Counted from the first letter of the stretch, positions 10,223-19,639 are shown. The stretch is DNA of 64,000 bases from Pseudobdellovibrionaceae bacterium (GCA_039810425.1 JBDHWW010000012.1:1-64000), one strand, 5' to 3'. A program made the numbers and translations. The notes: a model not told the origin generated them from the letters alone.

Positions 10223-10549
10223 GTGATCGCAATCTCTGAATCCGCCGCAAAAAGGTTAGCCAATTTGAAATCAGAAGAAGGTCAAGTTGAGGGGGCTTTC
10301 TTGCGTGTTGAAGTTAAAAAAGGCGGATGCTCAGGCTTGTCTTACAAGATGAATTTCGACACCGTTTCTCGCGATGGCGATAAAGTGTTTGAAAGTAACG
10401 GCCAGAAAATCGCCGTCGACCCACAAAGCTTGCTCTATATTTTGGGAATGACTCTGGAGTATTCCGGAGGTCTCAACGGTAAGGGCTTTGTTTTCAACAA
10501 TCCCAATGCCAGCAAGAGCTGTGGCTGCGGGTCTTCTTTCAACGTCTAA
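10223..10549 (+). CDS. iscA: A-type Fe-S carrier (IscA/HesB)
   Basis: GGCSG and CGCGSSF motifs; AAGGAG SD. Confidence 0.93.
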   Translation: MIAISESAAKRLANLKSEEGQVEGAFLRVEVKKGGCSGLSYKMNFDTVSRDGDKVFESNGQKIAVDPQSLLYILGMTLEYSGGLNGKGFVFNNPNASKSCGCGSSFNV

Positions 10550-10610
10550 AAACTGGCCCCTGTAAATGTTGATAAGGAAGAGCGGGCTCCACCGTCCGGC
10601 TTTTAAAATA

Positions 10611-11426
10611 CTAGGCGGCTTTTTCGGCAACTGCGGAAAGATACTGATGGATCGCACGAGAAATGAGCTCAGGGCGTGACTTGATCGCCAAGTGGCCGGC
10701 GCCATTCAGCTCAACAACCCTCTCGGCGCGGGAATCTTGGGCAAACTTCAGATAGACCTCTTTCGAGAACAACAGGTCCTCACTGTCGTAAATCAGTAAT
10801 GTCGGGAAATCGGTCTTAGAGACCTTTTCTTGCCACCAATGCCAATCTTCACGGCGGAGCATCCACGCGAAGTTATAAATCAAGTGTGATACAAAGAGCA
10901 GCCGACGCCCCTTCAAGGAATCTAAACGACCCACGCCACCACTGCGCTCATCCCGGAAAATCATCGCCGCGCGCTTGAGGAAGGCTTTGCCGATCGGAGT
11001 GGACAGCAAGACATAAATCGAACGCGAGTTCATCGGCATCACAAAGAAGTAACGAAGTTCCGGCAATGAAAATTTCGGAATTGGATCCGGTATTAGCGGA
11101 TTAATTAAAATCATTTTCGAAACCAGCTCTGGATGCTGCCGCGACAAAGCCCACGCCAAAGCGCCACCAAAACTAAGCCCCGCCAAATGTACTTTTTCAT
11201 TTGGGAAATTTGTCCGGATAAAATGAGCAATGGCTTCAACTTGCACCGTGAAGAAAACCCGGTCCGTACTCATAAATAGATGCGAAAGGTTTGGAACGAT
11301 CACGCGATAGTTTTTTGAAAGCTCATCCGCACAAGATTCCCAATGGTGAACGCTTCCGCCAAAACCATGCAGAAGAACAAGAATCGGGCCGTGACCGCGT
11401 TCACGATATGTAATCTTATGCGCCAT
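10611..11426 (-). CDS. Alpha/beta hydrolase
   Basis: LLHGFGG, GLSFGG nucleophile elbow and GAGH; start at 11426 or 11432. Confidence 0.9.
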   Translation of the reverse strand: MAHKITYRERGHGPILVLLHGFGGSVHHWESCADELSKNYRVIVPNLSHLFMSTDRVFFTVQVEAIAHFIRTNFPNEKVHLAGLSFGGALAWALSRQHPELVSKMILINPLIPDPIPKFSLPELRYFFVMPMNSRSIYVLLSTPIGKAFLKRAAMIFRDERSGGVGRLDSLKGRRLLFVSHLIYNFAWMLRREDWHWWQEKVSKTDFPTLLIYDSEDLLFSKEVYLKFAQDSRAERVVELNGAGHLAIKSRPELISRAIHQYLSAVAEKAA

Positions 11427-11432
11427 GCTCAC

Positions 11433-11460
11433 TTTTCGGTAGGGCGCGTTTCCATGTTAA
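11433..11460 (-). promoter_or_regulatory. Sigma28 (FliA)-like promoter
   Basis: TAAC-N15-ACCGAAAA versus consensus TAAA-N15-GCCGATAA. Confidence 0.55.
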
Positions 11461-11496
11461 CTGGACCGAGGTCCGTGAGGCCTTCTCAGATCAAAA

Positions 11497-12030
11497 CTAC
11501 AAGCTGCCACCGCCGGATAGAACAACAAAATACTGTGTTTCATCCTTCGGCAGGACGACATTGTTCTGCTCTTCACGAGTTTTAAAATAAGACAGGTACT
11601 TAGCACCGCCACCGACTTTGATGCCACCGAGGGTGAAAATCACGCCGGCCTCCGCCGTGGCGGCATTGTTATCCGCCGATGCCAACCGGACACCGGGACC
11701 TGCAAAAACCTGAAAGCCGAGCGTACGGCTCTCGTTGCTGACATCATAAGCGGCAAGAAGCGCCGAATCCAAACCACTCACGGATTGAATGTTGGAACCA
11801 AAGCGACTGAAAACACCGTTTCTCCAGTTGAGCCAATCCGCCAGGTACCAGTTTAAATTCAGTTTGAGTTCCGAATACGCATTGCCGTTTTCCGTTCCTG
11901 AGGAAGCACTGATGTCGTAAGTAAACGTCGGATGAGAGTCTGGAATCGATCTCATCGCAGGCATCGAGCGGGCCTGCGCGAAAGAAGTCATAAGAATTAA
12001 AACACCTGTCGCCAGAAGAATCCTTCTCAT
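11497..12030 (-). CDS. Secreted protein, probably a small outer-membrane beta-barrel
   Basis: Signal peptide followed by alternating amphipathic beta-strand pattern. Confidence 0.7.
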   Translation of the reverse strand: MRRILLATGVLILMTSFAQARSMPAMRSIPDSHPTFTYDISASSGTENGNAYSELKLNLNWYLADWLNWRNGVFSRFGSNIQSVSGLDSALLAAYDVSNESRTLGFQVFAGPGVRLASADNNAATAEAGVIFTLGGIKVGGGAKYLSYFKTREEQNNVVLPKDETQYFVVLSGGGSL

Positions 12031-12042
12031 AGCCACCCTCAC

Positions 12043-12699
12043 TTAGTTTTTAGGCTGTTGTGGTTTTTGCTGACCGTCTTGCTTCTGCTTGTTTTTATTT
12101 TGCTGCTTATTCTGGTTCTGATTTCTATTTTGATTCTGGTTTTGCGGCTTGCTCTGCTGTTGCTTACCTTGTTGTTGCTTCTGACCGTGCTGTCTGTTTT
12201 GCTGCTGTTGCTTTTTGTGTTGCTGATGCTGCTTCGGCTGTTGAGGGCGTGGCTCCCCTTCAGCGCGCTCGCCTTGTTGGGAGTCCGGCCTTTGATTCTC
12301 TGGCTTATCTTCAGGTTTTTCAGTGAGCAACATCGTATCTTGAACCGCGCGCGATTCGACATGTTTCTGAGTGCGGAAACCCCGGACTTTTTTGCTTTGA
12401 TTTTCCTGGCGCTCAATTTGCTCGGTCAAATCCACAGTGATGTTGCCGAAGCAACGAACTTGGCAAGAAAGACGCCGGCTATCAATACGCCAATTCGTAC
12501 CAATCAGGCCAAGTTCCGTCTTATTAGGCGGAAGTACGTTGTTTTCGCCTTCAACGATGCGTACGCGGCACTCCGCGCAGCTCGGAACCCCCTTACAGAT
12601 GGATTTGATCTCGATCTGGTTTTCCGTCGCGATCTGCAACAAACTCTTCTCGGGAGTCACATCCACTTCAATATTTTGCGGGACAAATTTAACTTTCAT
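12043..12699 (-). CDS. 2Fe-2S ferredoxin-domain protein with a Q/N/K-rich low-complexity tail
   Basis: CKGVPSCAEC...RLSCQ; C-terminal poly-Q and QN repeats. Confidence 0.88.
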   Translation of the reverse strand: MKVKFVPQNIEVDVTPEKSLLQIATENQIEIKSICKGVPSCAECRVRIVEGENNVLPPNKTELGLIGTNWRIDSRRLSCQVRCFGNITVDLTEQIERQENQSKKVRGFRTQKHVESRAVQDTMLLTEKPEDKPENQRPDSQQGERAEGEPRPQQPKQHQQHKKQQQQNRQHGQKQQQGKQQQSKPQNQNQNRNQNQNKQQNKNKQKQDGQQKPQQPKN

Positions 12700-12757
12700 T
12701 ACTTCACCATACTACTTCAGTTCCGAGCCGGAGGCATTCCACCCGGCGGTCTCTGAC

Positions 12758-13981
12758 CTACTTCACCACAAACTTAATGAATTTCTTTTTACCGGCTTTC
12801 AAAACAAAGCTCTCGCCGGTCTTCAAGTCCCAGCGCGCTTTCGCGTCGGCCAGTTTCACGCCATCACGTTGAACACCGCCTCCCGAGATCAATCTTCCGG
12901 CCTCGCCATTGCTGGCCGCCATCCCCGCCTTCACCATCAGCGCGGCAATGCCCACTTGGTTTTCAGCAAAGACTTCAAATACCGGAACCTCATCCGGCAA
13001 ACCTTTATCGACAAAAATACGATTGAACTCCTCTTCCGCTTGCTCCGCGGCTGTCTCTGAGTGGAAACGCTTGATCAAAAATTTCGCCAAAGCCACTTTC
13101 ACATCACGAGGGTGCTTGCGTTTTTCAGCAACATCCGTACGCAGCTGCGACAGTGCCGGAGCGGTAATATCCGTCAGCAATTGATACCAACGGTACATCA
13201 AATCGTCCGAGATTCTCATCGTCTTCCCGAACATGTCTTTCGGCGTATCGATCACCGAAATATAATTATCCAAGCTCTTCGACATTTTGTTCACGCCGTC
13301 AATCCCTTCAAGAATCGGCATCGTGAGGACACACTGTGGTTCCTGGCCATAAGCACTTTGCAAGTCGCGACCCACAAGCAGATTGAACTTCTGATCCGTC
13401 CCGCCGAGCTCCACGTCTGTTTTCAAAGCCACGGAGTCGTAGCCTTGCGTCAGTGGATACAAGAACTCGTGCAAAGCAATCGGGCTGCCTGATTTATAAC
13501 GGTTCGTGAAATCATCACGCTCCAGCATGCGAGCCACGGTATACTTTGAAGCCAGCCGAATCAAGTCGGCGAAGTTCAGCTGACTGCACCAATGAGAGTT
13601 AAAAACAATCTCAGTTTTCTCAGGATCGAGAATCTTAAAAATCTGTTTTTTGTAAGTGACCGCGTTGGCTTCAATCTCTTGCGGGGTCAACATCGGACGA
13701 GTCGTATTCTTTCCGGACGGATCCCCGATCAACGCCGTGAAATCCCCGATCAGAAATTGAATGTGATGGCCCAAATCTTGGAAAGTCTTCAGTTTATTAA
13801 TCACAACCGTGTGACCGATATGAATATCAGGACGTGTCGGATCCGCCCCGAGTTTGATTCTCAGAGGTTGATTCTTTTCTTTACTGCGCTTGAGTTTTTT
13901 CAGCATGTCTTCATCGCTGATGAATTCAGCCACGCCGAATTTGATTCTCTCAAGCTGTTCCCGAGGATCCATGAAAGACAT
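12758..13981 (-). CDS. tyrS: Tyrosyl-tRNA synthetase
   Basis: HIGH and KMSKS motifs, C-terminal S4 domain. Confidence 0.97.
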   Translation of the reverse strand: MSFMDPREQLERIKFGVAEFISDEDMLKKLKRSKEKNQPLRIKLGADPTRPDIHIGHTVVINKLKTFQDLGHHIQFLIGDFTALIGDPSGKNTTRPMLTPQEIEANAVTYKKQIFKILDPEKTEIVFNSHWCSQLNFADLIRLASKYTVARMLERDDFTNRYKSGSPIALHEFLYPLTQGYDSVALKTDVELGGTDQKFNLLVGRDLQSAYGQEPQCVLTMPILEGIDGVNKMSKSLDNYISVIDTPKDMFGKTMRISDDLMYRWYQLLTDITAPALSQLRTDVAEKRKHPRDVKVALAKFLIKRFHSETAAEQAEEEFNRIFVDKGLPDEVPVFEVFAENQVGIAALMVKAGMAASNGEAGRLISGGGVQRDGVKLADAKARWDLKTGESFVLKAGKKKFIKFVVK

Positions 13982-13986
13982 GCTAT

Positions 13987-15552
13987 CTACCTCGCGTGTT
14001 CAACAGTGCGGCTCTCGCGAACCACGGTGACTTTAACTTGCCCAGCTTGTGGCATTTCACGCTCGATCTTACGAGCGATATCCCGTGCCAGCATTGTTGA
14101 CTGATCGTCGGTCACTTTACCGCTCTCAACCATCACACGCACCTCACGGCCGGCTTGCAATGCGAACGTTTTTAAAACGCCGTCAAAGCTGTTGCCGATG
14201 CTCTCAAGATCTTCCAAGCGATGGATGTAAGCATCCATGTGCGGACGACGCGCGCCCGGACGAGAAGCGGACAGGATATTTGCCGCATGGATGATCCACG
14301 CCAAAGCGGATGTTGGTTTTTCATCGTCTTGGTGGGCACGGATGGCGTGGCAGATCTCTTCGGATTCGCCATATTTTTTTGCCCACTCGGCGCCAACCAA
14401 GGCATAGCTGCCTTCAGCGGTGTGCTCAATCGCGCGGCCGATTTCATGCAAGATCCCCGCCCGGCGGGCTTGCTTTACGTTCATACCCATTTCGCCAGCC
14501 AAGAGGCCCGCGATGTAAGCCACTTCCAAAGAATGATTCAATACATTCTGCGCGTGGGTTGAACGGTACTTCAGGCTACCGATGAGTTTTACCAACTCAG
14601 GGTGGATGTTCGGAATACCGAGCTCCACAACGACACGTTCGCCTTCTTCCTTAATAGATTTAGTGATTTCGTTCTTTTGTTTTTCGACGACTTCCTCAAT
14701 ACGAGCTGGATGAACACGACCATCCTCCATGAGCTTTTCAATCGTGCGCTTCGCCAGTTCACGGCGAACCGGGTCGAAGCCGGAAATAACCACGGCCTCT
14801 GGAGTGTCATCCACGATCAAATCCACGCCGCACATTGCTTCCAACGTACGGATATTACGGCCTTCACGGCCTATGATTTTACCTTTCATCTCATCGCTTG
14901 GCAGAGCTAACACACTGACCGTTCTTTCAGACGTATACTCGGAAGCAAATCGAGACAATGCCGTGCTGATAATGCGACGAGCTTTTTTGTCGGCCTCTTT
15001 TTGCGCTTCTTCTTCGATCGCGGAAATTTTCTTGGAAGCTTCCACTTTCGCCTCATCTTCAAGGGCCGTGACCAATTGGCGGCGAGCCTCTTCCGCTGTC
15101 ATTGCCGCGATAGACTCCAATTTCAACTTCATTTCACCAATGTGGGTTTCCGCTTTTTTCTCGAGGTCTTTAATGCGTGTTTCAGTGATCGCGACTTTTT
15201 CTTCGCGGTCTTTCAACTGACCGACAAAACGGTCGTTCTCTTCCAGCTTCACTTTGAACTGATCGTCGACCTCTTTAAGACGACGCTCCAACTGAGCCTC
15301 TTTATTCTTCATCTGCGCTTTTTGCTTGTGAATATCAGCCTCGACGTTTTTACGCGCTCGGGCTTCGAAATCCTTCGCCTTATTTTCAGAATCTTTCTTC
15401 ACTTTCGCCGCTTCAGACTTCGCCTTGTTGATGATGCGGTCTGATTCAGCACGCGCTGACTTCTTTTGGGATTCATCTTGAATTCGTTTTACAACGAAGA
15501 CAAGAACGCCCCCGATAGCCAACCCAAGAATCGATGCGATAACAACTTCCAT
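13987..15552 (-). CDS. rny: Ribonuclease Y homologue with a degenerate HD domain
   Basis: N-terminal TM helix, coiled coil, KH motif [17 protein letters not shown] and QAGREVRV. Confidence 0.93.
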   Translation of the reverse strand: MEVVIASILGLAIGGVLVFVVKRIQDESQKKSARAESDRIINKAKSEAAKVKKDSENKAKDFEARARKNVEADIHKQKAQMKNKEAQLERRLKEVDDQFKVKLEENDRFVGQLKDREEKVAITETRIKDLEKKAETHIGEMKLKLESIAAMTAEEARRQLVTALEDEAKVEASKKISAIEEEAQKEADKKARRIISTALSRFASEYTSERTVSVLALPSDEMKGKIIGREGRNIRTLEAMCGVDLIVDDTPEAVVISGFDPVRRELAKRTIEKLMEDGRVHPARIEEVVEKQKNEITKSIKEEGERVVVELGIPNIHPELVKLIGSLKYRSTHAQNVLNHSLEVAYIAGLLAGEMGMNVKQARRAGILHEIGRAIEHTAEGSYALVGAEWAKKYGESEEICHAIRAHQDDEKPTSALAWIIHAANILSASRPGARRPHMDAYIHRLEDLESIGNSFDGVLKTFALQAGREVRVMVESGKVTDDQSTMLARDIARKIEREMPQAGQVKVTVVRESRTVEHAR

Positions 15553-15566
15553 AACCGGACTCCTAC

Positions 15567-16136
15567 CTACTTACACTGAATAATTTCGTTTTCGGTGACA
15601 ACAAAGTCGACGTTAATGTCGTGCTCTTCCACCGGAAAGTTCTCAGCAAGGACCTGGCAGCCAAAACAGATGCCAACCTTGGGACCTTTGTAATCAGCCA
15701 GGGCTTTGTCATAAAACCCACGGCCTCTACCTAAACGATTGCCTTTTTTATTAAATCCTAAACCCGGAACTAAAACTCCGGTGAGCTTCTCGAGATCCAA
15801 CTTACGGGAATCCTCGAAGGGCTCCATCACCCCAAACGGGCCTTTGATGAAATTTTGCGAGACATAAAAGGTCAAGTGACCGGCTTCCATGCGCGGAAAA
15901 GCCCATTCGATTTTTTCGGAATGATGAAACACCGGACTCAAATCCGGTTCCTGGGGAAGGGCATTATAACCCGCCCAAGTGCCCTGTCTTTGACTGATGA
16001 ATTCTGTGAGATTTTCACAGAGCTGCTGCTGGATTTGCACGGACGAATGCGGGGACTCTTTTTGCAAAAGAGCCTTCAGGTGGTCACGCCATTGACGTTT
16101 ACCCCACGCTTGCATTTTATCTATACGCAAACTCAT
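15567..16136 (-). CDS. ygfA: 5-formyltetrahydrofolate cyclo-ligase
   Basis: VPGLGF..GNRLGRGRGFYD and EEHDI motifs. Confidence 0.92.
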   Translation of the reverse strand: MSLRIDKMQAWGKRQWRDHLKALLQKESPHSSVQIQQQLCENLTEFISQRQGTWAGYNALPQEPDLSPVFHHSEKIEWAFPRMEAGHLTFYVSQNFIKGPFGVMEPFEDSRKLDLEKLTGVLVPGLGFNKKGNRLGRGRGFYDKALADYKGPKVGICFGCQVLAENFPVEEHDINVDFVVTENEIIQCK

Positions 16137-16172
16137 CCCAGCCTCAAAACGAAAACAGAAATTTAAAGTTAA

Positions 16173-16475
16173 CTAAACTGTTCTGTTGAGCTTGGAATTT
16201 TCTAGATCGATAGAGAGTTTAAGTGCCTTTTCTTCTATTTTCTCAAGCTCGCGGTGAGCTTTTCTTTTGAGAAGAATTAGTTCCTCAGCCACATTAAGAG
16301 CTGTTAGAACCGCTGCATTTTGAAAAGAACCGTACTTCGTCACCGACAAAGCTTGGTCCATTTTATTGTTCACAAATTCGACGAGTTCCTGAACAGTCGC
16401 ATCATCATGGGAAGTTTTTAACTTATATGGGACTCCCGCAATAAGGAAGTCGTAGGTTTTTTTCTCAGATGCCAC
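16173..16475 (-). CDS. zapA: Cell division protein ZapA
   Basis: IAGVPYKL...AVLTALNVAEEL; usual zapA-ygfA-rny context. Confidence 0.88.
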   Translation of the reverse strand: MASEKKTYDFLIAGVPYKLKTSHDDATVQELVEFVNNKMDQALSVTKYGSFQNAAVLTALNVAEELILLKRKAHRELEKIEEKALKLSIDLENSKLNRTV

Positions 16476-16648
16476 TCGGACCTCGTGGGCCGTTCTTGGC
16501 CCTCACAAATCTTAAACTAAATCTTTAAACCGTCTGTCTTAATACTTTGTAAGTATCCTCAAGGGTTCTAGAAAATCCTTTTCAACAGTACTTAAAAATT
16601 ATAACTGACTTCACAGACTTAGCAACTTTTGTTTGTCAGATAGCTGCG

Positions 16649-17245
16649 TTATTTTTGAAAACAGGTGCAAACCGTGCCCAAGCCATTCTTCTCTTCGCAG
16701 AAAAGACGCTGATGGGCCTTTTCATCATTAAACTCCAGCTCGAAAATCTTTTGAAAAGCGCGTTTAAAACTCAATGTCTGTCCATTAAGCTTGGTGTCAT
16801 AGTAGGAGCGCTCATCCTCGACCACGTCTTGATTGAGAAAATACTGATCGAGGTCCTTCTGACTCGGATCCATGCGCTGAGCGGCAGGGATGATGATGGG
16901 CGTCCCCACTCCCTTGGCATCGAGGCTTTCAATGCTCAGGAGATAGCTGGCCTTGCCATTTTTCACCGGTTTTGCTGAAAGTTTGAGCCGCTTCTGCTGT
17001 CCCGTGGAATCTTTGAGCAGCACTTGGCGGTAGCGAAGGAGTGACTGCGACGTGACATAGCTCTTATCAACATCGTCCTTCAAAACGTTCAAGTCGACTT
17101 TGAGGGATTGAGCTTCATTTTTTAAACCGGGAAAGCATTTAATCACGTTGGTATAGGAAACAGAAATAGGTTTTTCCTTGGCTTCAGCCTCTGAAAAAAC
17201 ACCTAAAGTGATTACACACGCCGTAGATAAAAATGCCTTTAGCAA
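16649..17245 (-). CDS. Secreted hypothetical protein
   Basis: Long ORF with a signal-like segment; start uncertain (TTG at 17245, or 17311). Confidence 0.7.
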   Translation of the reverse strand: MLKAFLSTACVITLGVFSEAEAKEKPISVSYTNVIKCFPGLKNEAQSLKVDLNVLKDDVDKSYVTSQSLLRYRQVLLKDSTGQQKRLKLSAKPVKNGKASYLLSIESLDAKGVGTPIIIPAAQRMDPSQKDLDQYFLNQDVVEDERSYYDTKLNGQTLSFKRAFQKIFELEFNDEKAHQRLFCEEKNGLGTVCTCFQK

Positions 17246-17288
17246 ATAGCCCCCAAGAGGCCCAATCAAAGGCCCCTTCAGAATGCTA

Positions 17289-19037
17289 TTAATATTTACT
17301 GAGGAATGCAATCACGTCCAAATCTTGGCCGTTCGCCACCCCGGCCCCCCCCGGCATTGGCCCAGTCAGTTGATCCAAAGTGTATCCCGTGAAGGCATCG
17401 GTGTTACGGTCATGCTGGAAGCGCAGCCATTTTTCGCGATCATACCATTGCTTCTTGGTATCGTCGTCACGACAAGTTGCAAGCTCATTGCCTTGAGCGC
17501 CCCAACGAAGTTCCGGGCAGTGATACGGATCAAAACTCAATCCATAGATCCTGGCACGCGCTTTTTCCAAGTTGATGGTAACACCTTGGCCGACGCTGTT
17601 TTTGTAAGTGATTTGGCAAGCAGTCGCCGTTTGCTTATATGCATTCAACATATCTGCCGCGATATTTTTGCCATCATATCCAACTTTTCCATCACGAGCT
17701 TTATAGTGACGAATCGCCTCTTGCACATAGGTGCGGAGCTCTTGGAAGGCCACTTTTAAACGTGCGTCACGAGCTGGGGTTGCGTAAGTTTCCCACTCAC
17801 CGTCGGCACCGTAAATATTGTTCGGAAGCGCATAGGGATGTTCTTTTTGATTGATACCGGCTGAAATTGCCACTTGCACTGCATCGGCGCGCTCTTGCAT
17901 TCCGTTACACAACTCGGTTGTCATGACTTTGACATCATCAATGGGGTTTTCTACGAGCGGCCCGTCAGCCAAACGGTTACGAACCCAATCGTAATAATCC
18001 ATCTGCTGACCTTGAAACGCAAAGCCTGCTTGACGCCAATCCTGGCTTGCCGTCGTTCCGAAGTATTGTTCGGTGCTGTACATGGGAAGATCGCGGTCTT
18101 TGGCGCCAACGATTTTACCGCCGACATATCCAACACTCGCATTCCACACCGCGCCTGTCAGACGCAGAGGACGCCAATTTTTAAAACCCGCCCCTTGCCC
18201 CGGGTAAGAACGGATAAAGCGAGAGTTGTACAAACCTGAAGTCAGACTGTTATCCGGATGCGCATCGATATAATAAATGCGCCCGTCCTTTGTCACTTTG
18301 TAGACCGTCACCACGTGACCGTTGGGATCATAGATCACCGTGCCCGGGCGAACGGCGTCGCGCGTGATACGCACGGGATAAAAATCTGAAAAAAGTTTAT
18401 CCGCATCCATCCCCGAATAGCTCACGCGGAAATTCGCCGAAGAGACTTCGTCCGGCAAAGTCCCATTGAAAATCTCTAGGGCGTTTGTCACTCTCGGGCT
18501 GCCGAAGCGGGCCGGCTCGGTGAGCACCGCAAAGCGGGAACGAACTGTATTTCCATATGGAGAGTAGCGAATGTCTTTAACCACATCTCCCGGTCCTTGA
18601 ATCGGACTCACACTGCTGACGAAGCTAAATGGCAGCTGATTTTTCCAAGCATAGTAGGCGCGCAAGAAGTACGGAAAATCCGCGCAGTCTGAATAGAATT
18701 TCAGATAGGCCACATCCGATTGCGCATAGGGATTTACTTGAGGATTACGGAAGCAACTCGACACCGTCGCACAGAGACCGCGGGAAACTCCCTCTCCCAC
18801 CATGGAGATATAGCGGATGTAGTTTTGCTCCTCTGCAACCCCCCACTCGGTCTTGGTCAGGGGCCAGGGTTCTGAGACCGCTAAAAGCTCGGCATCAAAA
18901 GGTCTCACGGCATCGCGTGAATATCCCTCTTGGGCGTAGCCATCGAAGGCGATGAGCAACGTTAATACGATGAATATAAAAAAGAAGCTGAGATTGCGGT
19001 CTTTGCCGCCGCGAATAGTGGTGCCTCGATTTGTCAC
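17289..19037 (-). CDS. Large secreted protein with a putative NlpC/P60 (papain-like) Cys-His catalytic core
   Basis: Signal peptide; SDCADF...PGTVIY...GHV...IDAH; start uncertain (19037 GTG with GGAGG SD, or 19109). Confidence 0.7.
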   Translation of the reverse strand: MTNRGTTIRGGKDRNLSFFFIFIVLTLLIAFDGYAQEGYSRDAVRPFDAELLAVSEPWPLTKTEWGVAEEQNYIRYISMVGEGVSRGLCATVSSCFRNPQVNPYAQSDVAYLKFYSDCADFPYFLRAYYAWKNQLPFSFVSSVSPIQGPGDVVKDIRYSPYGNTVRSRFAVLTEPARFGSPRVTNALEIFNGTLPDEVSSANFRVSYSGMDADKLFSDFYPVRITRDAVRPGTVIYDPNGHVVTVYKVTKDGRIYYIDAHPDNSLTSGLYNSRFIRSYPGQGAGFKNWRPLRLTGAVWNASVGYVGGKIVGAKDRDLPMYSTEQYFGTTASQDWRQAGFAFQGQQMDYYDWVRNRLADGPLVENPIDDVKVMTTELCNGMQERADAVQVAISAGINQKEHPYALPNNIYGADGEWETYATPARDARLKVAFQELRTYVQEAIRHYKARDGKVGYDGKNIAADMLNAYKQTATACQITYKNSVGQGVTINLEKARARIYGLSFDPYHCPELRWGAQGNELATCRDDDTKKQWYDREKWLRFQHDRNTDAFTGYTLDQLTGPMPGGAGVANGQDLDVIAFLSKY

Positions 19038-19184
19038 TGTGCCCTCCAGAGCTATCAATATTTTTGACAGGTCAGAAAGACTTACAGGATGTCTTTTACC
19101 AGGGTTCACTATAATGCGGAAGAAACTGTCACACTTATTGCTTTAAAGGCTGGCAGTTGAATTTTCAAAGTGATTTTTGCCCTG

Positions 19185-19253
19185 TGGTGTTCGACCCCCC
19201 TTGGACCCACGGAGCACCAAAACGGAGCGCCAAAACGCTCCGTTTTCTTTTTT
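19185..19253 (+). ncRNA. Candidate sRNA 3' part: C-rich-loop hairpin followed by a terminator
   Basis: TGGTGTTC/GAGCACCA stem, then AAAACGGAGCG/CGCTCCGTTTT and a T tract; no credible + strand gene upstream. Confidence 0.45.
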
Positions 19254-19366
19254 GTCCCGTCCGCATCTTCGGAGTGAGCCCTGCAATTGAATTTATCCGA
19301 CCGGCCATTGACTCATCCGGACGCCACTGTCGCTTCAATCTCTTTTAAAAAATCATAGCTTGCAAA

Positions 19367-19453
19367 CAGAAAAAGCGGCCCTAGAAGCCGCTTTTAAGGA
19401 TGAGAGACTCCCTTTTCGCGAAGGAGACTCTTATGAATCGAAATACCAAGCAT
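19367..19453 (-). ncRNA. Candidate ~87-nt sigma28-dependent antisense sRNA (could instead encode the leaderless 19-aa MLGISIHKSLLREKGVSHP)
   Basis: Bounded by the promoter at 19459-19485 and the terminator at 19370-19395; contains an internal hairpin. Confidence 0.55.
19370..19395. terminator. Bidirectional Rho-independent terminator
   Basis: AAAAAGCGGC-cctagaa-GCCGCTTTT. Confidence 0.8.
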
Positions 19454-19531
19454 ATTTCTTTTCGGCTATTTAATAAAAAACTGCAGGTCCTGCTCTTAAT
19501 TTTGTTATTGCTGTTGAGCTGCTGCAGTTAG
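19433..19531 (+). CDS. Candidate 32-aa hydrophobic peptide MNRNTKHISFRLFNKKLQVLLLILLLLLSCCS
   Basis: AAGGAG SD 6 nt upstream of ATG; basic N-terminus and Leu-rich stretch; below the ORF-track size cutoff. Confidence 0.45.
   Translation: MNRNTKHISFRLFNKKLQVLLLILLLLLSCCS
19459..19485 (-). promoter_or_regulatory. Sigma28 (FliA)-type promoter
   Basis: TGCAGTTT-N11-GCCGAAAA versus consensus TAAAGTTT-N11-GCCGATAA. Confidence 0.7.
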
Positions 19532-19639
19532 ATTTTAGATGGATCCTAAACGGGCTTAGTTTAGAACTATAGTCCTGGTAAGTGGGCAACCAGGCTTTAA
19601 ACTTGGAGTGCGATGCAATGACGAAGCTTCTGGGGCCAC

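Noticed and set aside
12058..12756. 232-aa Leu-rich ORF on the + strand that looks like a membrane protein
   Set aside because: Antisense shadow of the Gln codons (CAG/CAA read as CTG/TTG) in the ferredoxin tail
16476..16648. Possible displaced 6S RNA upstream of zapA
   Set aside because: AT-rich, with no long rod-like self-complementarity; looks like a promoter region
19183..19219. GTTCGA...CACCA resembling a tRNA 3' end or att site
   Set aside because: No T-stem or cloverleaf can be formed; better explained as a simple hairpin
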